Assembly (NCBI GenBank): GCA_947627315.1
Contig: CANQVN010000001.1
Coordinates: 1,656-65,655, forward strand
Length of the DNA stretch: 64,000 nucleotides
Source: an uncultured Clostridia bacterium
Lineage (GTDB): Bacteria; Bacillota; Clostridia; Oscillospirales; QAKW01
Direction of reading: 5' to 3'
Part shown: positions 8,508 to 18,016 of the stretch, in pieces
How positions within the stretch are numbered: position 1 is the stretch's first letter
Layout of the letters: each line of letters opens with the position of its first letter
Program-made: the position numbers and the translations under genes
The notes under the pieces: model-generated
Told to the model about the DNA's origin: nothing
Seen by the model: the letters and a program-made list of their open reading frames with translations, nothing else
Databases searched by the model: none

Positions 8508-8666
8508 TTGGGAGCGAGGAGAAATGTTTTATATATATCATTTTTTGTTGGAGGTATGTTCGGCGTGGTCCTTATGTGCATATTTCAAATAAGCGGACAA
8601 AACTCCGATGCGGAAAGGCGGTATTTGCAAATGAAAAGAGAGGAGGAACCGAGCGATGCGGAATGA
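8508..8666 (+). CDS. Possible 52-aa single-TM peptide, not in the ORF track (TTG start)
   Basis: Translates LGARRNVLYISFFVGGMFGVVLMCIFQISGQNSDAERRYLQMKREEEPSDAE. The stop overlaps the virB4 start (ATGCGGAATGA), suggesting coupling. The start codon is uncertain. Confidence 0.3.
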   Translation: MGARRNVLYISFFVGGMFGVVLMCIFQISGQNSDAERRYLQMKREEEPSDAE

Positions 8667-11451
8667 GGAAAAATCGGACGGTTATTATATCCCGCCCAAT
8701 TTTATAGAGGGCGGCACGCTGTTCGGCGGAATGTTCAAACTGCGCAACGTAATGGAAGCGGGCGTTTTGACCGCACTGTTCGGTCTGCCCATCCTGACGC
8801 TGAATATATCCGTAACAATGCGTATTATTCTTTTGTGCCTTACGGCACTGCCGATTGGGCTATTCGCGCTGATCGGAATTGCGGGCGAAAGCCTTTCGTC
8901 GTTTCTATACGCGGTTTTGATTTTTATGAAAAACAAGCGGATCATAGCCAACGGCGAAAAAGAAAAGCGGTTTGCAAAGCGAAAACACCGTGAGCGAGAG
9001 TCGGCGTATCTCAACCCCTGCGCGCAGTACATCCCCGTTGAAAAAATAGAAAACGGCATTATTTATACCAAAGACCGCAGGTATCTGAAAATAATCGAAG
9101 TGATGCCCGTCAACTTTTTGCTCAGAAGCGCAAGAGAGCAGCGCAGCATAATTTATTCCTTTATTTCTTATCTGAAAATAAGCCCGGTCAAAGTTCAGTT
9201 TAAGGTGTTGACAAAGCAGGCAGACATCAACAAACACGTCGAAATCGTACATAACGAGATGGAACGCGAAACAAACCCATACTGCCGCGCGTTGCAGCAA
9301 GACTATCTGCAACTGATAAACCGCCTCGGTTCACGCGAGGCGACAACGCGCAGGTTCTTTATCTCCTTTGAATACGAGCATGCCGGGCGGCGCGGCGCGG
9401 ATGAGCAGGCGGACGCCGTGTCCTCGCTTCAGATCGCCGCAAGAACAGCCGCAAACTATTTGAAGCAGTGCGGAAACGAAGTGCTGATACCGGAAAATGA
9501 AGACGAGTTTACGGCAGACGTTCTGTATACTATACTTTGCCGCAGCACCTGCACCGCAGAGCCGCTTTCCGCGCGTGTTCAGAAAGTCGTTTCAAAATAT
9601 CGGGCTGCCGGGAAGGATGTGGACGCCATTCCCTGCTCGGAGTTTATCGCGCCGGAGCGCATTGACTTTACGCACGCAAAATATGTATGTGTGGACGGTC
9701 TTTATCATTCGTATCTGCTGATACCTTCATTCGGATACAAAACAAAAGTGAGCGCGGGATGGCTGAGTTTACTTGTCAACGCGGGCGATGGGATCGATAT
9801 TGATTTGTTTTTATCCCGCCAGCCGAAAGAACGCATCATACAAAAACTCGGTCAGCAGCTGCGGATCAACCGCTCCAAAATCAGAGAAGCAAGCGACACC
9901 AACACCGACTTTGACGATTTGGACGGTGCTATACGAAGCGGCTATTTTCTAAAAGAAGGCTTGGCAAATAACGAAGATTTTTATTACATGAATATCTTAA
10001 TCACCATAACGGCCGAGACGGTGGAGGATCTGGAATGGCGGGAGCGCGAACTGCGAAAACTGCTTATTTCGCACGATATGAATATGTCCGCCTGTTCCTT
10101 TCGCGAGGAGCAGGCTTTTTTATCGGCGCTTCCGCTTGTGAACCTTGAAAAGCATTTGTTTGTACGCTCAAAGCGAAATGTTCTTACTTCGGGGGCGGCA
10201 AGCTGTTATCTCTTTACCGCTTATGAACTCAGCGACGATAACGGCATATTGCTCGGCGTCAACAATTTCAACAACTCGCTTGTCATCGTCGATATTTTCA
10301 ATTCGATGGTCTATAAAAACGCAAATATGGCTATTCTCGGCACCTCCGGCGCAGGCAAGACGTTCACCATGCAGCTTATGGCGCTGCGAATGCGCCGAAA
10401 AGGAATACAGGTGTTTATCATCGCGCCGCTCAAAGGGCATGAGTTTCACCGCGCCTGCCGCAATATCGGCGGTGAGTTTATACAAATTTCACCCGCCTCC
10501 AAAAGTTGCATCAATGTGATGGAAATACGCAAAACAGACAAGACCGTTGATGAATTGTTGGACGGAGGAAGCCCGGAGAAAAGCGAGCTTGCGGCTAAAA
10601 TACAGCGGCTGCACATTTTCTTTTCGCTGCTGATACCGGATATGTCTCACGAGGAACGGCAGTTGTTGGATGAGGCGCTTATCGTGACCTACAATCTCAA
10701 AGGCATCACGCACGACAACGCCTCTCTCAAAAATCCGAAGCACCCGGATCGATATAGAGAAATGCCCGTTCTCGGCGATCTGCACGACGTGCTGCAAAAG
10801 TCGCAGGACACAAAACGCCTGGCAAATATCCTCAACAGGCTCGTAAACGGATCGGCAAGCACATTCAATCAGCAGACAAATGTGCGTCTGGACAATAAAT
10901 ACACCGTACTGGATATTTCGGAACTTTCGGGCGATCTGCTGCCGGTCGGGATGTTTGTTGCGCTCGACTATGTATGGGACAAAGCCAAGGAAAACCGCAC
11001 GATGGAAAAGACGATTTTCATAGACGAATGTTGGTCGCTTATCGGCGGAACCGGAAACCGAATGGCAGCCGAGTATGTGTTGGAAATCGCCAAAATCATT
11101 CGCGGCTACGGCGGTTCCGCCGTGTTTGCGACACAGGATCTGAACGATTTTTTCTCGCTGGACGACGGAAAGTACGGCAAAGGAATCATCAACAACTGCA
11201 AAACCAAAATCGTTTTGAATCTTGAGGACGAAGAAGCGGAGCGCGTACAGTTCATTCTCCACTTATCCGAAGCGGAAGTGATGGAGATCACGCACTTTGA
11301 GCGAGGAAACGGACTGATAAGTACAAACAACAATAATATCACGGTTGAATTTAAGTGCAGCGACCTGGAAAAAAGTCTGATCACGACCGACCGCAGAGAA
11401 CTTTCCGAGATGGTCGGCAAAAAATTGGAGGGACTAAACGGCTCGAATTGA
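8656..11451 (+). CDS. virB4: VirB4-type conjugal transfer ATPase
   Basis: 931 aa with N-terminal TM segments, Walker A GTSGAGKTF and Walker B IFIDECW. Confidence 0.95.
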   Translation: MRNEEKSDGYYIPPNFIEGGTLFGGMFKLRNVMEAGVLTALFGLPILTLNISVTMRIILLCLTALPIGLFALIGIAGESLSSFLYAVLIFMKNKRIIANGEKEKRFAKRKHRERESAYLNPCAQYIPVEKIENGIIYTKDRRYLKIIEVMPVNFLLRSAREQRSIIYSFISYLKISPVKVQFKVLTKQADINKHVEIVHNEMERETNPYCRALQQDYLQLINRLGSREATTRRFFISFEYEHAGRRGADEQADAVSSLQIAARTAANYLKQCGNEVLIPENEDEFTADVLYTILCRSTCTAEPLSARVQKVVSKYRAAGKDVDAIPCSEFIAPERIDFTHAKYVCVDGLYHSYLLIPSFGYKTKVSAGWLSLLVNAGDGIDIDLFLSRQPKERIIQKLGQQLRINRSKIREASDTNTDFDDLDGAIRSGYFLKEGLANNEDFYYMNILITITAETVEDLEWRERELRKLLISHDMNMSACSFREEQAFLSALPLVNLEKHLFVRSKRNVLTSGAASCYLFTAYELSDDNGILLGVNNFNNSLVIVDIFNSMVYKNANMAILGTSGAGKTFTMQLMALRMRRKGIQVFIIAPLKGHEFHRACRNIGGEFIQISPASKSCINVMEIRKTDKTVDELLDGGSPEKSELAAKIQRLHIFFSLLIPDMSHEERQLLDEALIVTYNLKGITHDNASLKNPKHPDRYREMPVLGDLHDVLQKSQDTKRLANILNRLVNGSASTFNQQTNVRLDNKYTVLDISELSGDLLPVGMFVALDYVWDKAKENRTMEKTIFIDECWSLIGGTGNRMAAEYVLEIAKIIRGYGGSAVFATQDLNDFFSLDDGKYGKGIINNCKTKIVLNLEDEEAERVQFILHLSEAEVMEITHFERGNGLISTNNNNITVEFKCSDLEKSLITTDRRELSEMVGKKLEGLNGSN

Positions 11452-11476
11452 CGACGCTTAAATTATAGAAACCGTC

Positions 11477-11514
11477 AAAGCGTTCGGATTTGTTATTTGC
11501 CGAACGCTTTTTTA
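11477..11514 (+). terminator. Rho-independent terminator after virB4
   Basis: Stem GCGTTCGG/CCGAACGC plus TTTTTT. Confidence 0.8.
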
Positions 11515-11534
11515 TGTAATAGGAGGACAAATAC

Positions 11535-12059
11535 ATGAAAACACGGGAACAGTTTTATAACCGCGAAATGGAGGAAATACTGCGGGATATCACGTCGTAT
11601 CACTGCATCCTTCGATATCAGATCTATCGCCTGTATCCTTACAAAAAGCCGGACGTTATTGACGGTATGCTGGATCATCTTGTAAGACAGCGCCGTATCG
11701 TCTACGACAAGGCAAGGGATATGTATCTTGACAGTATCGGCTCGTCTTCGGATATCGGTACGCTGACGGCTCTTTGGGTGCTTGCGGAATTTGCGGACGA
11801 GGCCGAATATCATTCTCCTGCGGACTTTCCGATAAAACTGATGTTCTTTTCAAACGGCGAAACATACGAGGTCATATTTGTACCGAGCGGAAACGAGGGG
11901 CTGATCGAACAGGCGCTTGCCCTTTTCGAAAAGGAATGCGGCAGGCGCATCGTTATCGTCGAAGACGCGGCGCAAATACAAAGGCTGAATATAAAAAACG
12001 CCGCCGCATACTGCACGGTGTCGGGCACGGGCGAAATTAAGTATTACAAAAAGGAATAG
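11535..12059 (+). CDS. Hypothetical ICE protein
   Basis: 174-aa ORF with SD AGGAGG upstream. No motif recognised. Confidence 0.75.
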   Translation: MKTREQFYNREMEEILRDITSYHCILRYQIYRLYPYKKPDVIDGMLDHLVRQRRIVYDKARDMYLDSIGSSSDIGTLTALWVLAEFADEAEYHSPADFPIKLMFFSNGETYEVIFVPSGNEGLIEQALALFEKECGRRIVIVEDAAQIQRLNIKNAAAYCTVSGTGEIKYYKKE

Positions 12060-12069
12060 GGGTGATTTT

Positions 12070-12732
12070 TTGAACAAACAACAACTTTTGAGCAAAATAC
12101 GGCAGGTAAGAAACGAGGTGTCACGGCTTGATTTTACGGTTGGCGCAATGAGCGACGCCGACTTTGAAAATCATCCGGATAACTATGCAAGCCTTTCTGA
12201 AGACGCCGCGCTTTTGAGCGAACAAATCGCCTGTAAACTGCGCCATCTCATCTATTCGACCACGAAAGTAAAAAAGGACGAATACCTGGTATCCGCCGCA
12301 TCGGTACAGGGCATACAAATACACAGCGAAAACGGAATACTGGAAATAACGCTGCCCTGCCTTTTGCCAAAGCGTAAGCAAAGGCGGAGCACGGAGTTTA
12401 TCACCGATCCGCTATATTTTGCACTCAGCCAATACGCGGACGGACACGCGCTTCCAAAGTACAGGCAGTGCGTTGTTTGCTTTTCGCACATTTACAGCCG
12501 TGATCTTTTCGGAATACGGGCGCGCGACTACGACAACCTGGAACTGAAAGCGTTGCTCGATGTTATAGCTTCGTTTCTGATGGAGGATGACGGCGGACTG
12601 CTGTGCGATGCGTACAACACGACCGAACTCGGTCAATATGACTGTACGCGCATATCGGTCATGGACAAAAACCGCTTTTATGACTGGATAAAAGAGCGGG
12701 AAACCCGTTTGAAATCCATATCCGATTTTTGA
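12070..12732 (+). CDS. Hypothetical ICE protein
   Basis: 220-aa ORF with a TTG start after AGGGGTG. No motif recognised. Confidence 0.7.
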   Translation: MNKQQLLSKIRQVRNEVSRLDFTVGAMSDADFENHPDNYASLSEDAALLSEQIACKLRHLIYSTTKVKKDEYLVSAASVQGIQIHSENGILEITLPCLLPKRKQRRSTEFITDPLYFALSQYADGHALPKYRQCVVCFSHIYSRDLFGIRARDYDNLELKALLDVIASFLMEDDGGLLCDAYNTTELGQYDCTRISVMDKNRFYDWIKERETRLKSISDF

Positions 12733-12861
12733 CCGTTTTTTGTGATTTTTAAGGGACGGTCGCAAACGGTCCGCAAAGCCGAGAACAACGGGGCTTGAGG
12801 CGTTTAAGAATCGTTTGATTTTACCGGGGTTAATTGCCGTCGGGTATTTTTTGAGAGAGGA

Positions 12862-13989
12862 GTGATCGATATCCGGTCAAATCATTTGTCGGTCAAAGAG
12901 ACCGCCGCCCATCGGATCTTATCCCTTGTCGCCGTTGTCGGCGAACTGCCCGTAAACCAACTTATCCGTTTGTCGGGCGGAAAGGCATATAAGGAAAACA
13001 TCATCAAAAGCCTAAAAGCCAAAGGCTTGCTGCGCACGCATTATGCGGACGGTGCACGCGGCTATCGTTTGACCGCACGCGCCAAAAAGATGCTGCTTGA
13101 ACAAAACCCGAAACGGTTTAGCTCCGTGCTTTCGGGAGCCGTTGAAACCAATCATATCAAGAGTGAGATCGCAAGACGCGTAAGACTTCACCGTATTGCC
13201 GAAACGATCGTTACGATGCAAAACGCGGGCGTTTCGTTTTATGCGGACGATAAGGCGGACATTTTTTCGCGCTCGGGTTTGGCGTGCGAGCGGATCGTGA
13301 CCCCGTCATTTTACAATTCCCGCGAGATCAAAGCGATGGGCACGGCGGCGGTGAAAATTCACGGCGCAAGGTCGGTCGGCGTTCTGCTGACCGATACCGG
13401 CGTATATGTAACATACAACCTCGGCGGCTCGCTGATGAAATGGAGTTATAAAGCGGAAATGAGAACCAAAGCACTTATGCAGACAATGCTCTGCCTGGAA
13501 CGACTGCCCGAAATGTATTCGTCCGACGATATTCACGGACTGCTGTTTGGCAGCGATATGAGTTTGGCGGCAGAGATATTAGCCTGTAAGTCCGAAAATC
13601 AGTATATGCTTATTGACGGCAGTTACGATCACTTTCACTACCTCACAAACGACCGAAAGGGCGAACGGATTTTAAGACTGCTGTGCAGCGGTGATCTTAA
13701 AACACGGCTGGACGGTATTCTGCTCGATGATCTGTACGAGTCGGGCGGAAGTCTTACCGTGGAAAACGACGCCGTCGATAAACAGGGTGCGCCCGTTTTG
13801 CTTGCGTATACCTGCGATCTTCCGCGTATAAAGCGGTTTGATACCGCGCTGAGCCTTCAAAACAAAAGCGGGACGATCATATGTTTTGACTTCCAAAAGG
13901 AGACGCTGCGCCGTGTCTGCGGAGAGAACGTCCGCTTTCAGACGATAGATTTTGAAAAATGGGAGAGGAGTTTTTTTGAACCGTCGTAA
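12862..13989 (+). CDS. Hypothetical protein with a winged-helix-like N-terminus (possible replication-relaxation-type accessory factor)
   Basis: 375-aa ORF. The GTG start is uncertain because the SD lies very close. The N-terminus reads RILSLVAVVGELPVNQLIRLSGG. Confidence 0.65.
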   Translation: MIDIRSNHLSVKETAAHRILSLVAVVGELPVNQLIRLSGGKAYKENIIKSLKAKGLLRTHYADGARGYRLTARAKKMLLEQNPKRFSSVLSGAVETNHIKSEIARRVRLHRIAETIVTMQNAGVSFYADDKADIFSRSGLACERIVTPSFYNSREIKAMGTAAVKIHGARSVGVLLTDTGVYVTYNLGGSLMKWSYKAEMRTKALMQTMLCLERLPEMYSSDDIHGLLFGSDMSLAAEILACKSENQYMLIDGSYDHFHYLTNDRKGERILRLLCSGDLKTRLDGILLDDLYESGGSLTVENDAVDKQGAPVLLAYTCDLPRIKRFDTALSLQNKSGTIICFDFQKETLRRVCGENVRFQTIDFEKWERSFFEPS

Positions 13990-15847
13990 AAAAATCATCA
14001 ATATTCTGATCTTTACGCCGTTGCTGCTTGCCTCCCTGCTGTACGGCGGCGGGTATATCGCCCAATTCATGCGCAACTTCAGCCGTTGGCAAAAGGCGGG
14101 CGGAACGCCCGGCGACGGCTCGTCGCCCGTTATGCCCTCTTTTGCTCCCGCAAGGTGCTTTGAGGCGATCTTTTCTTTTCCCTACGGAATCGTGGGGATT
14201 TTGATTTGTGCGGGCGTGCTAATTTTGCTTATCGTGATGGTCATGCGTATGGGCTACGGCGATACGGGAGAATACGATAAAGAACGAAACTTTATCTATT
14301 CGAGCAAAGGCACTTACGGCACATCCGGGTTTATGAGTCCAAAAGAGGCAAGCGAAATTTTTGATCTGACAAGCGATATCAAAAGACATACCGGTACAAT
14401 TTTCGGACTGTTGGACGGAAAATATGTGTGTATGCCAAAGAAAAGCCTGTTCAACCGAAATGTTGCGGTATACGGAGCGAGCGGATCGATGAAAACAAGG
14501 GCGTACTGCATCAACCGCATCTTACAGTCTGCGGCGCAGGGAGAGTCGCTTATTATGTGCGATCCGAAGTCCGAACTGTATGAAACCACAGGCGAATATT
14601 TGAGAAAGCGGGGCTACACCGTCAGAGTTTTTAACCTTGTATCTCCGGAAAGCTCCGATTCGTGGAACTGCCTGGAGGAAATCGAGGGCGACGAACTGAT
14701 GGCGCAGCTGTTTTGCGACGTCGTTATCAAAAATACAGGGAGCGAGCGCGGGGATCATTTTTGGGACGCGGCGGAGATGAATTTGCTCAAAGCACTCGTT
14801 TTATATGTGGAGCACGGCTACACCCCGAAGCGCAGAAACATCGGCGAGGTGTATAAACTTTTGACGCTTAAAAGCGAAAAAGAGTTGAACGATCTTTTTG
14901 AATTGCTCCCGCCCGGTCATCCCGCGCGTGCGCCATACGCTATTTTCCGCCAGTCGTCCGAAACCGTTCGCAGCGGCGTTATCGTCGGACTTGGTTCGCG
15001 TATACAGGTGTTTCAAAACGAGAAGATCAGAAACATAACCGCCTACGACGAGATCGATTTGGAACTGCCCGGAAAACAGCCCTGCGCCTATTACTGCATT
15101 ACAAGCGACCAGGACAGCACCTTTGATTTTTTATCCTCGCTGTTTCTTTCGTTTGTATTTATAAAGCTCGTGCGGTACGCGGATAAAAACTGTGAGGGCG
15201 GCAGGCTGCCCGTTCCCGTTCACATACTGGCGGAAGAACTTACCGCCTGCGGCGTGGTGCCTGATTTGAGCAGAAAAATATCGGTCATACGCTCCAGGCG
15301 CATCAGTATGTCGGTCGTGTTTCAAAACCTTGCGGGGCTGCAAAACCGCTATCCGTATAACCAGTGGCAGGAAATACTCGGCAACTGCGATATCCAACTG
15401 TTTTTGGGGTGCGCCGACGAGCTCACCGCGCAGTATATCAGCGACCGTTCCGGCGAGGTGAGCGTGCATGTGTCCAGTAAGGCAAAGCAACTCGGAACAT
15501 GGCGCATTTCCAACTATACGCCGGAATACCGCGAAACGAGCGGCGTCGGAAAACGAAAACTTCTGACAATGGATGAGGTCCTGCGGCTTCCCATAACAAC
15601 GGCGCTTATCATCATAAGAGGCAGGAAAATTTTACAGGTGGATAAATGCGATTACACAAATCATCTGGAGAGCAAGAAACTCATTTTATCCAAAGCCTCG
15701 GCGCACGTTCCGGAATGGTCAAAACTGAAAGAAAAGGAGATGACAAACAATGCAAAAGCATCTGCCGGGAAGGCGGGCGGTAAAAGCGCGCACGCGACGC
15801 CCACCGTAGTCAAAACGGATAAGAGCAGTATTTTAACAAGTGAATAA
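13976..15847 (+). CDS. virD4: Type IV coupling protein (VirD4/TraG family)
   Basis: Two N-terminal TM segments, Walker A YGASGSMKTRA and a DPKSELY motif. I prefer TTG 13976 (SD GGAGAGGAG) over the track start 13952. Confidence 0.9.
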   Translation: MNRRKKIINILIFTPLLLASLLYGGGYIAQFMRNFSRWQKAGGTPGDGSSPVMPSFAPARCFEAIFSFPYGIVGILICAGVLILLIVMVMRMGYGDTGEYDKERNFIYSSKGTYGTSGFMSPKEASEIFDLTSDIKRHTGTIFGLLDGKYVCMPKKSLFNRNVAVYGASGSMKTRAYCINRILQSAAQGESLIMCDPKSELYETTGEYLRKRGYTVRVFNLVSPESSDSWNCLEEIEGDELMAQLFCDVVIKNTGSERGDHFWDAAEMNLLKALVLYVEHGYTPKRRNIGEVYKLLTLKSEKELNDLFELLPPGHPARAPYAIFRQSSETVRSGVIVGLGSRIQVFQNEKIRNITAYDEIDLELPGKQPCAYYCITSDQDSTFDFLSSLFLSFVFIKLVRYADKNCEGGRLPVPVHILAEELTACGVVPDLSRKISVIRSRRISMSVVFQNLAGLQNRYPYNQWQEILGNCDIQLFLGCADELTAQYISDRSGEVSVHVSSKAKQLGTWRISNYTPEYRETSGVGKRKLLTMDEVLRLPITTALIIIRGRKILQVDKCDYTNHLESKKLILSKASAHVPEWSKLKEKEMTNNAKASAGKAGGKSAHATPTVVKTDKSSILTSE

Positions 15848-15863
15848 AAGGAGGATTTTTATT

Positions 15864-17054
15864 ATGCCGACAAAAAAGAGCGTTACTCCCGAAACGGAAA
15901 ATTCGGAACAACCGATCATTTCGGATGCGGCGGAGACGGAGGCCGACCCGGAGGAAAAAGAACAGGATGTCAAAGAAACCGAGGAAGAGAAATCTGCCGA
16001 AGGGGGCGATGCGTCCAAGCCGAAGCGGGTACGAAAGAAAAAAGAAGAAGCCGTCCCGGAAAATCAACAGCAATCGGACGGACTTTTGCTGCCGGAGGAG
16101 CCGGAACAGGATCGCGATATCGAACAGCCTTTACCGCAAAAATCGCGTTCCGAGACTATTCTGACCGTAACGGCGCGCGACATGGTGGAAACGGAAGACA
16201 GCGAGGCGGATATGGCGTGGCACGAGATCCACACCGCTTACCGTACACGCCGTATTCTTACCGGAATTCTCGGCGGAATAGAGCAGACCGATACCGGAAA
16301 AACACTGGTCGTTGCGGATTATAAAGGATACAGAGTCGTTATCCCTCTCAAGGAAATGGTGATCAAACTTCCAAACGATCTTTCGGGTCAGGCGTACAGC
16401 GAGATGATGATCGGTCAGCATAAAAGGCTTACCAAAATGCTTGGCTCCGAGATTGACTTTATCGTGCGCGGCGTCGATTCAAAAGAGCGCACCGTTGTGG
16501 CCAGCAGGCGGGACGCCATGCTGAAAAAGAGGCAGATATTCTATATGACCGCCGACGAAAACGGCGACTATAAAATTTACGACGGGCGTATCGTGCAGGC
16601 GCGTGTCATTATGGTCATGGAAAAAGCGATCCGTGTGGAAGTGTTCGGCGTGGAGTGTACGATATCCGCGCGCGATCTTTCCTGGGACTGGATCGGAGAC
16701 GCGGCGGACCGCTTTTCGGTCGGAGACCGCATTTTGATCCGCATACATGACGTAAAGCGGGACGATATCGAAACGATCTCCGTTACCGCGGATGTGAAAA
16801 GCGTTTCCGAAAACCGCAAAAGCAAGCTGCCGCTGTGCAGAGTACAGGGCAAGTATGCGGGCAAGGTCACCGATATACATAAAGGCGTTGTTTTCATCCG
16901 ACTCAGTAACGGCGTCAACGCAATTGCCCATACGTGCCTTGACCGTCGAAAGCCCGGCAAAAAGGACGACGTCTGTTTTGCCGTAACGCACATAGATGAG
17001 GAGCAGGATGTGGCGGTCGGTATCATCACCCGCATTATAAAGCAGAATTTATGA
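15864..17054 (+). CDS. Acidic N-terminus plus tandem S1/OB-fold-like domains
   Basis: ATG 15864 follows AAAGGAGG. Repeated S1-like segments are seen (e.g. GRIVQARVIMVMEKAIRVEVFGVECTISARDLS, GKYAGKVTDIHKGVVFIRLSNGVNAIAH). Confidence 0.75.
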   Translation: MPTKKSVTPETENSEQPIISDAAETEADPEEKEQDVKETEEEKSAEGGDASKPKRVRKKKEEAVPENQQQSDGLLLPEEPEQDRDIEQPLPQKSRSETILTVTARDMVETEDSEADMAWHEIHTAYRTRRILTGILGGIEQTDTGKTLVVADYKGYRVVIPLKEMVIKLPNDLSGQAYSEMMIGQHKRLTKMLGSEIDFIVRGVDSKERTVVASRRDAMLKKRQIFYMTADENGDYKIYDGRIVQARVIMVMEKAIRVEVFGVECTISARDLSWDWIGDAADRFSVGDRILIRIHDVKRDDIETISVTADVKSVSENRKSKLPLCRVQGKYAGKVTDIHKGVVFIRLSNGVNAIAHTCLDRRKPGKKDDVCFAVTHIDEEQDVAVGIITRIIKQNL

Positions 17055-17120
17055 TCTGTTGAAAAACTGCGCCGTCCGGTCGTATAAACTCGGTAAGACA
17101 AAAGCACAAGGAGGATAACC

Positions 17121-17933
17121 ATGAAAAAATCACTGATCGTCTTAACACTCATTATGCTGACGCTTACCGGGTGCGCCGGGAAAGAACCGCCCCAAGAGGC
17201 TTTGACCGAAAAGCCCGCTGAGCAACAATCGGACAACACGCCTGTTCAAGCGGAAAACGGACAGGCTTCGGCGGAAGAGCGCAAGCCCGAAAAGAACTAT
17301 GATCAGCCGGAGCTTGCCGAAAAAGACGCCGCGCCTATATCCGAGAATGCAAAGCAGACCGAACAAAATTCCGCTCCGCCCGCCCCATCCGCAAAGGGAC
17401 AGCGGCAGCCCACCGCACCAAACGAACAAAAAGAGCAACAAACACCTGCGACCGAGCCCGCCGCTCCTATTGAACCGGACACGGCGGAAATACCGAATGC
17501 AACGGCGGATGATGCGGACGCCGTCGCGGATAAATTGGCGGAGCTTATCAACGAATACCGTGCGGTGCCCGCAGAGCCGACGTCGGATTTGAACCGGTAC
17601 GCAAAATACCGCAGCAGGCAGATCGTTACAAACTATGCCCACGACACCGCCGACCAACGCGCGGCCGCCACGGCGCTTCAATACGGAGAATATATCGAAC
17701 AGTCGCTTTACGGTATGGACGGCGAACCTTACTATCAGGCAAATGTTCGGGAGGCAATCGGCAAAGCGGGTTATACCGGTACGGCGGATGAGATCGCAAA
17801 GCAGTTTTCCGACTTGATACGTAACTCCGCATCCCACTGGAATTATGTCGGAAGCGCAGACTACCGTCATATCGGGATCGGCATCACATACAGCGACGGG
17901 ATGTGGTACTGCGCCGTTGTGGTCGCGGAATAA
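17121..17933 (+). CDS. Lipoprotein with a C-terminal CAP/SCP (YkwD-like) domain
   Basis: Lipobox LTLTGC, a Pro/Glu/Gln-rich linker, and a CAP-like end HWNYVGSADYRHIGIGI. Confidence 0.85.
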   Translation: MKKSLIVLTLIMLTLTGCAGKEPPQEALTEKPAEQQSDNTPVQAENGQASAEERKPEKNYDQPELAEKDAAPISENAKQTEQNSAPPAPSAKGQRQPTAPNEQKEQQTPATEPAAPIEPDTAEIPNATADDADAVADKLAELINEYRAVPAEPTSDLNRYAKYRSRQIVTNYAHDTADQRAAATALQYGEYIEQSLYGMDGEPYYQANVREAIGKAGYTGTADEIAKQFSDLIRNSASHWNYVGSADYRHIGIGITYSDGMWYCAVVVAE

Positions 17934-18016
17934 AACCAAATCTATTTTTCTTAAAGGCTTCATTGCACTGCGATGGAGCTTTTTATTTTATCAAAATGAA
18001 AGGAAGATGCACAAAC

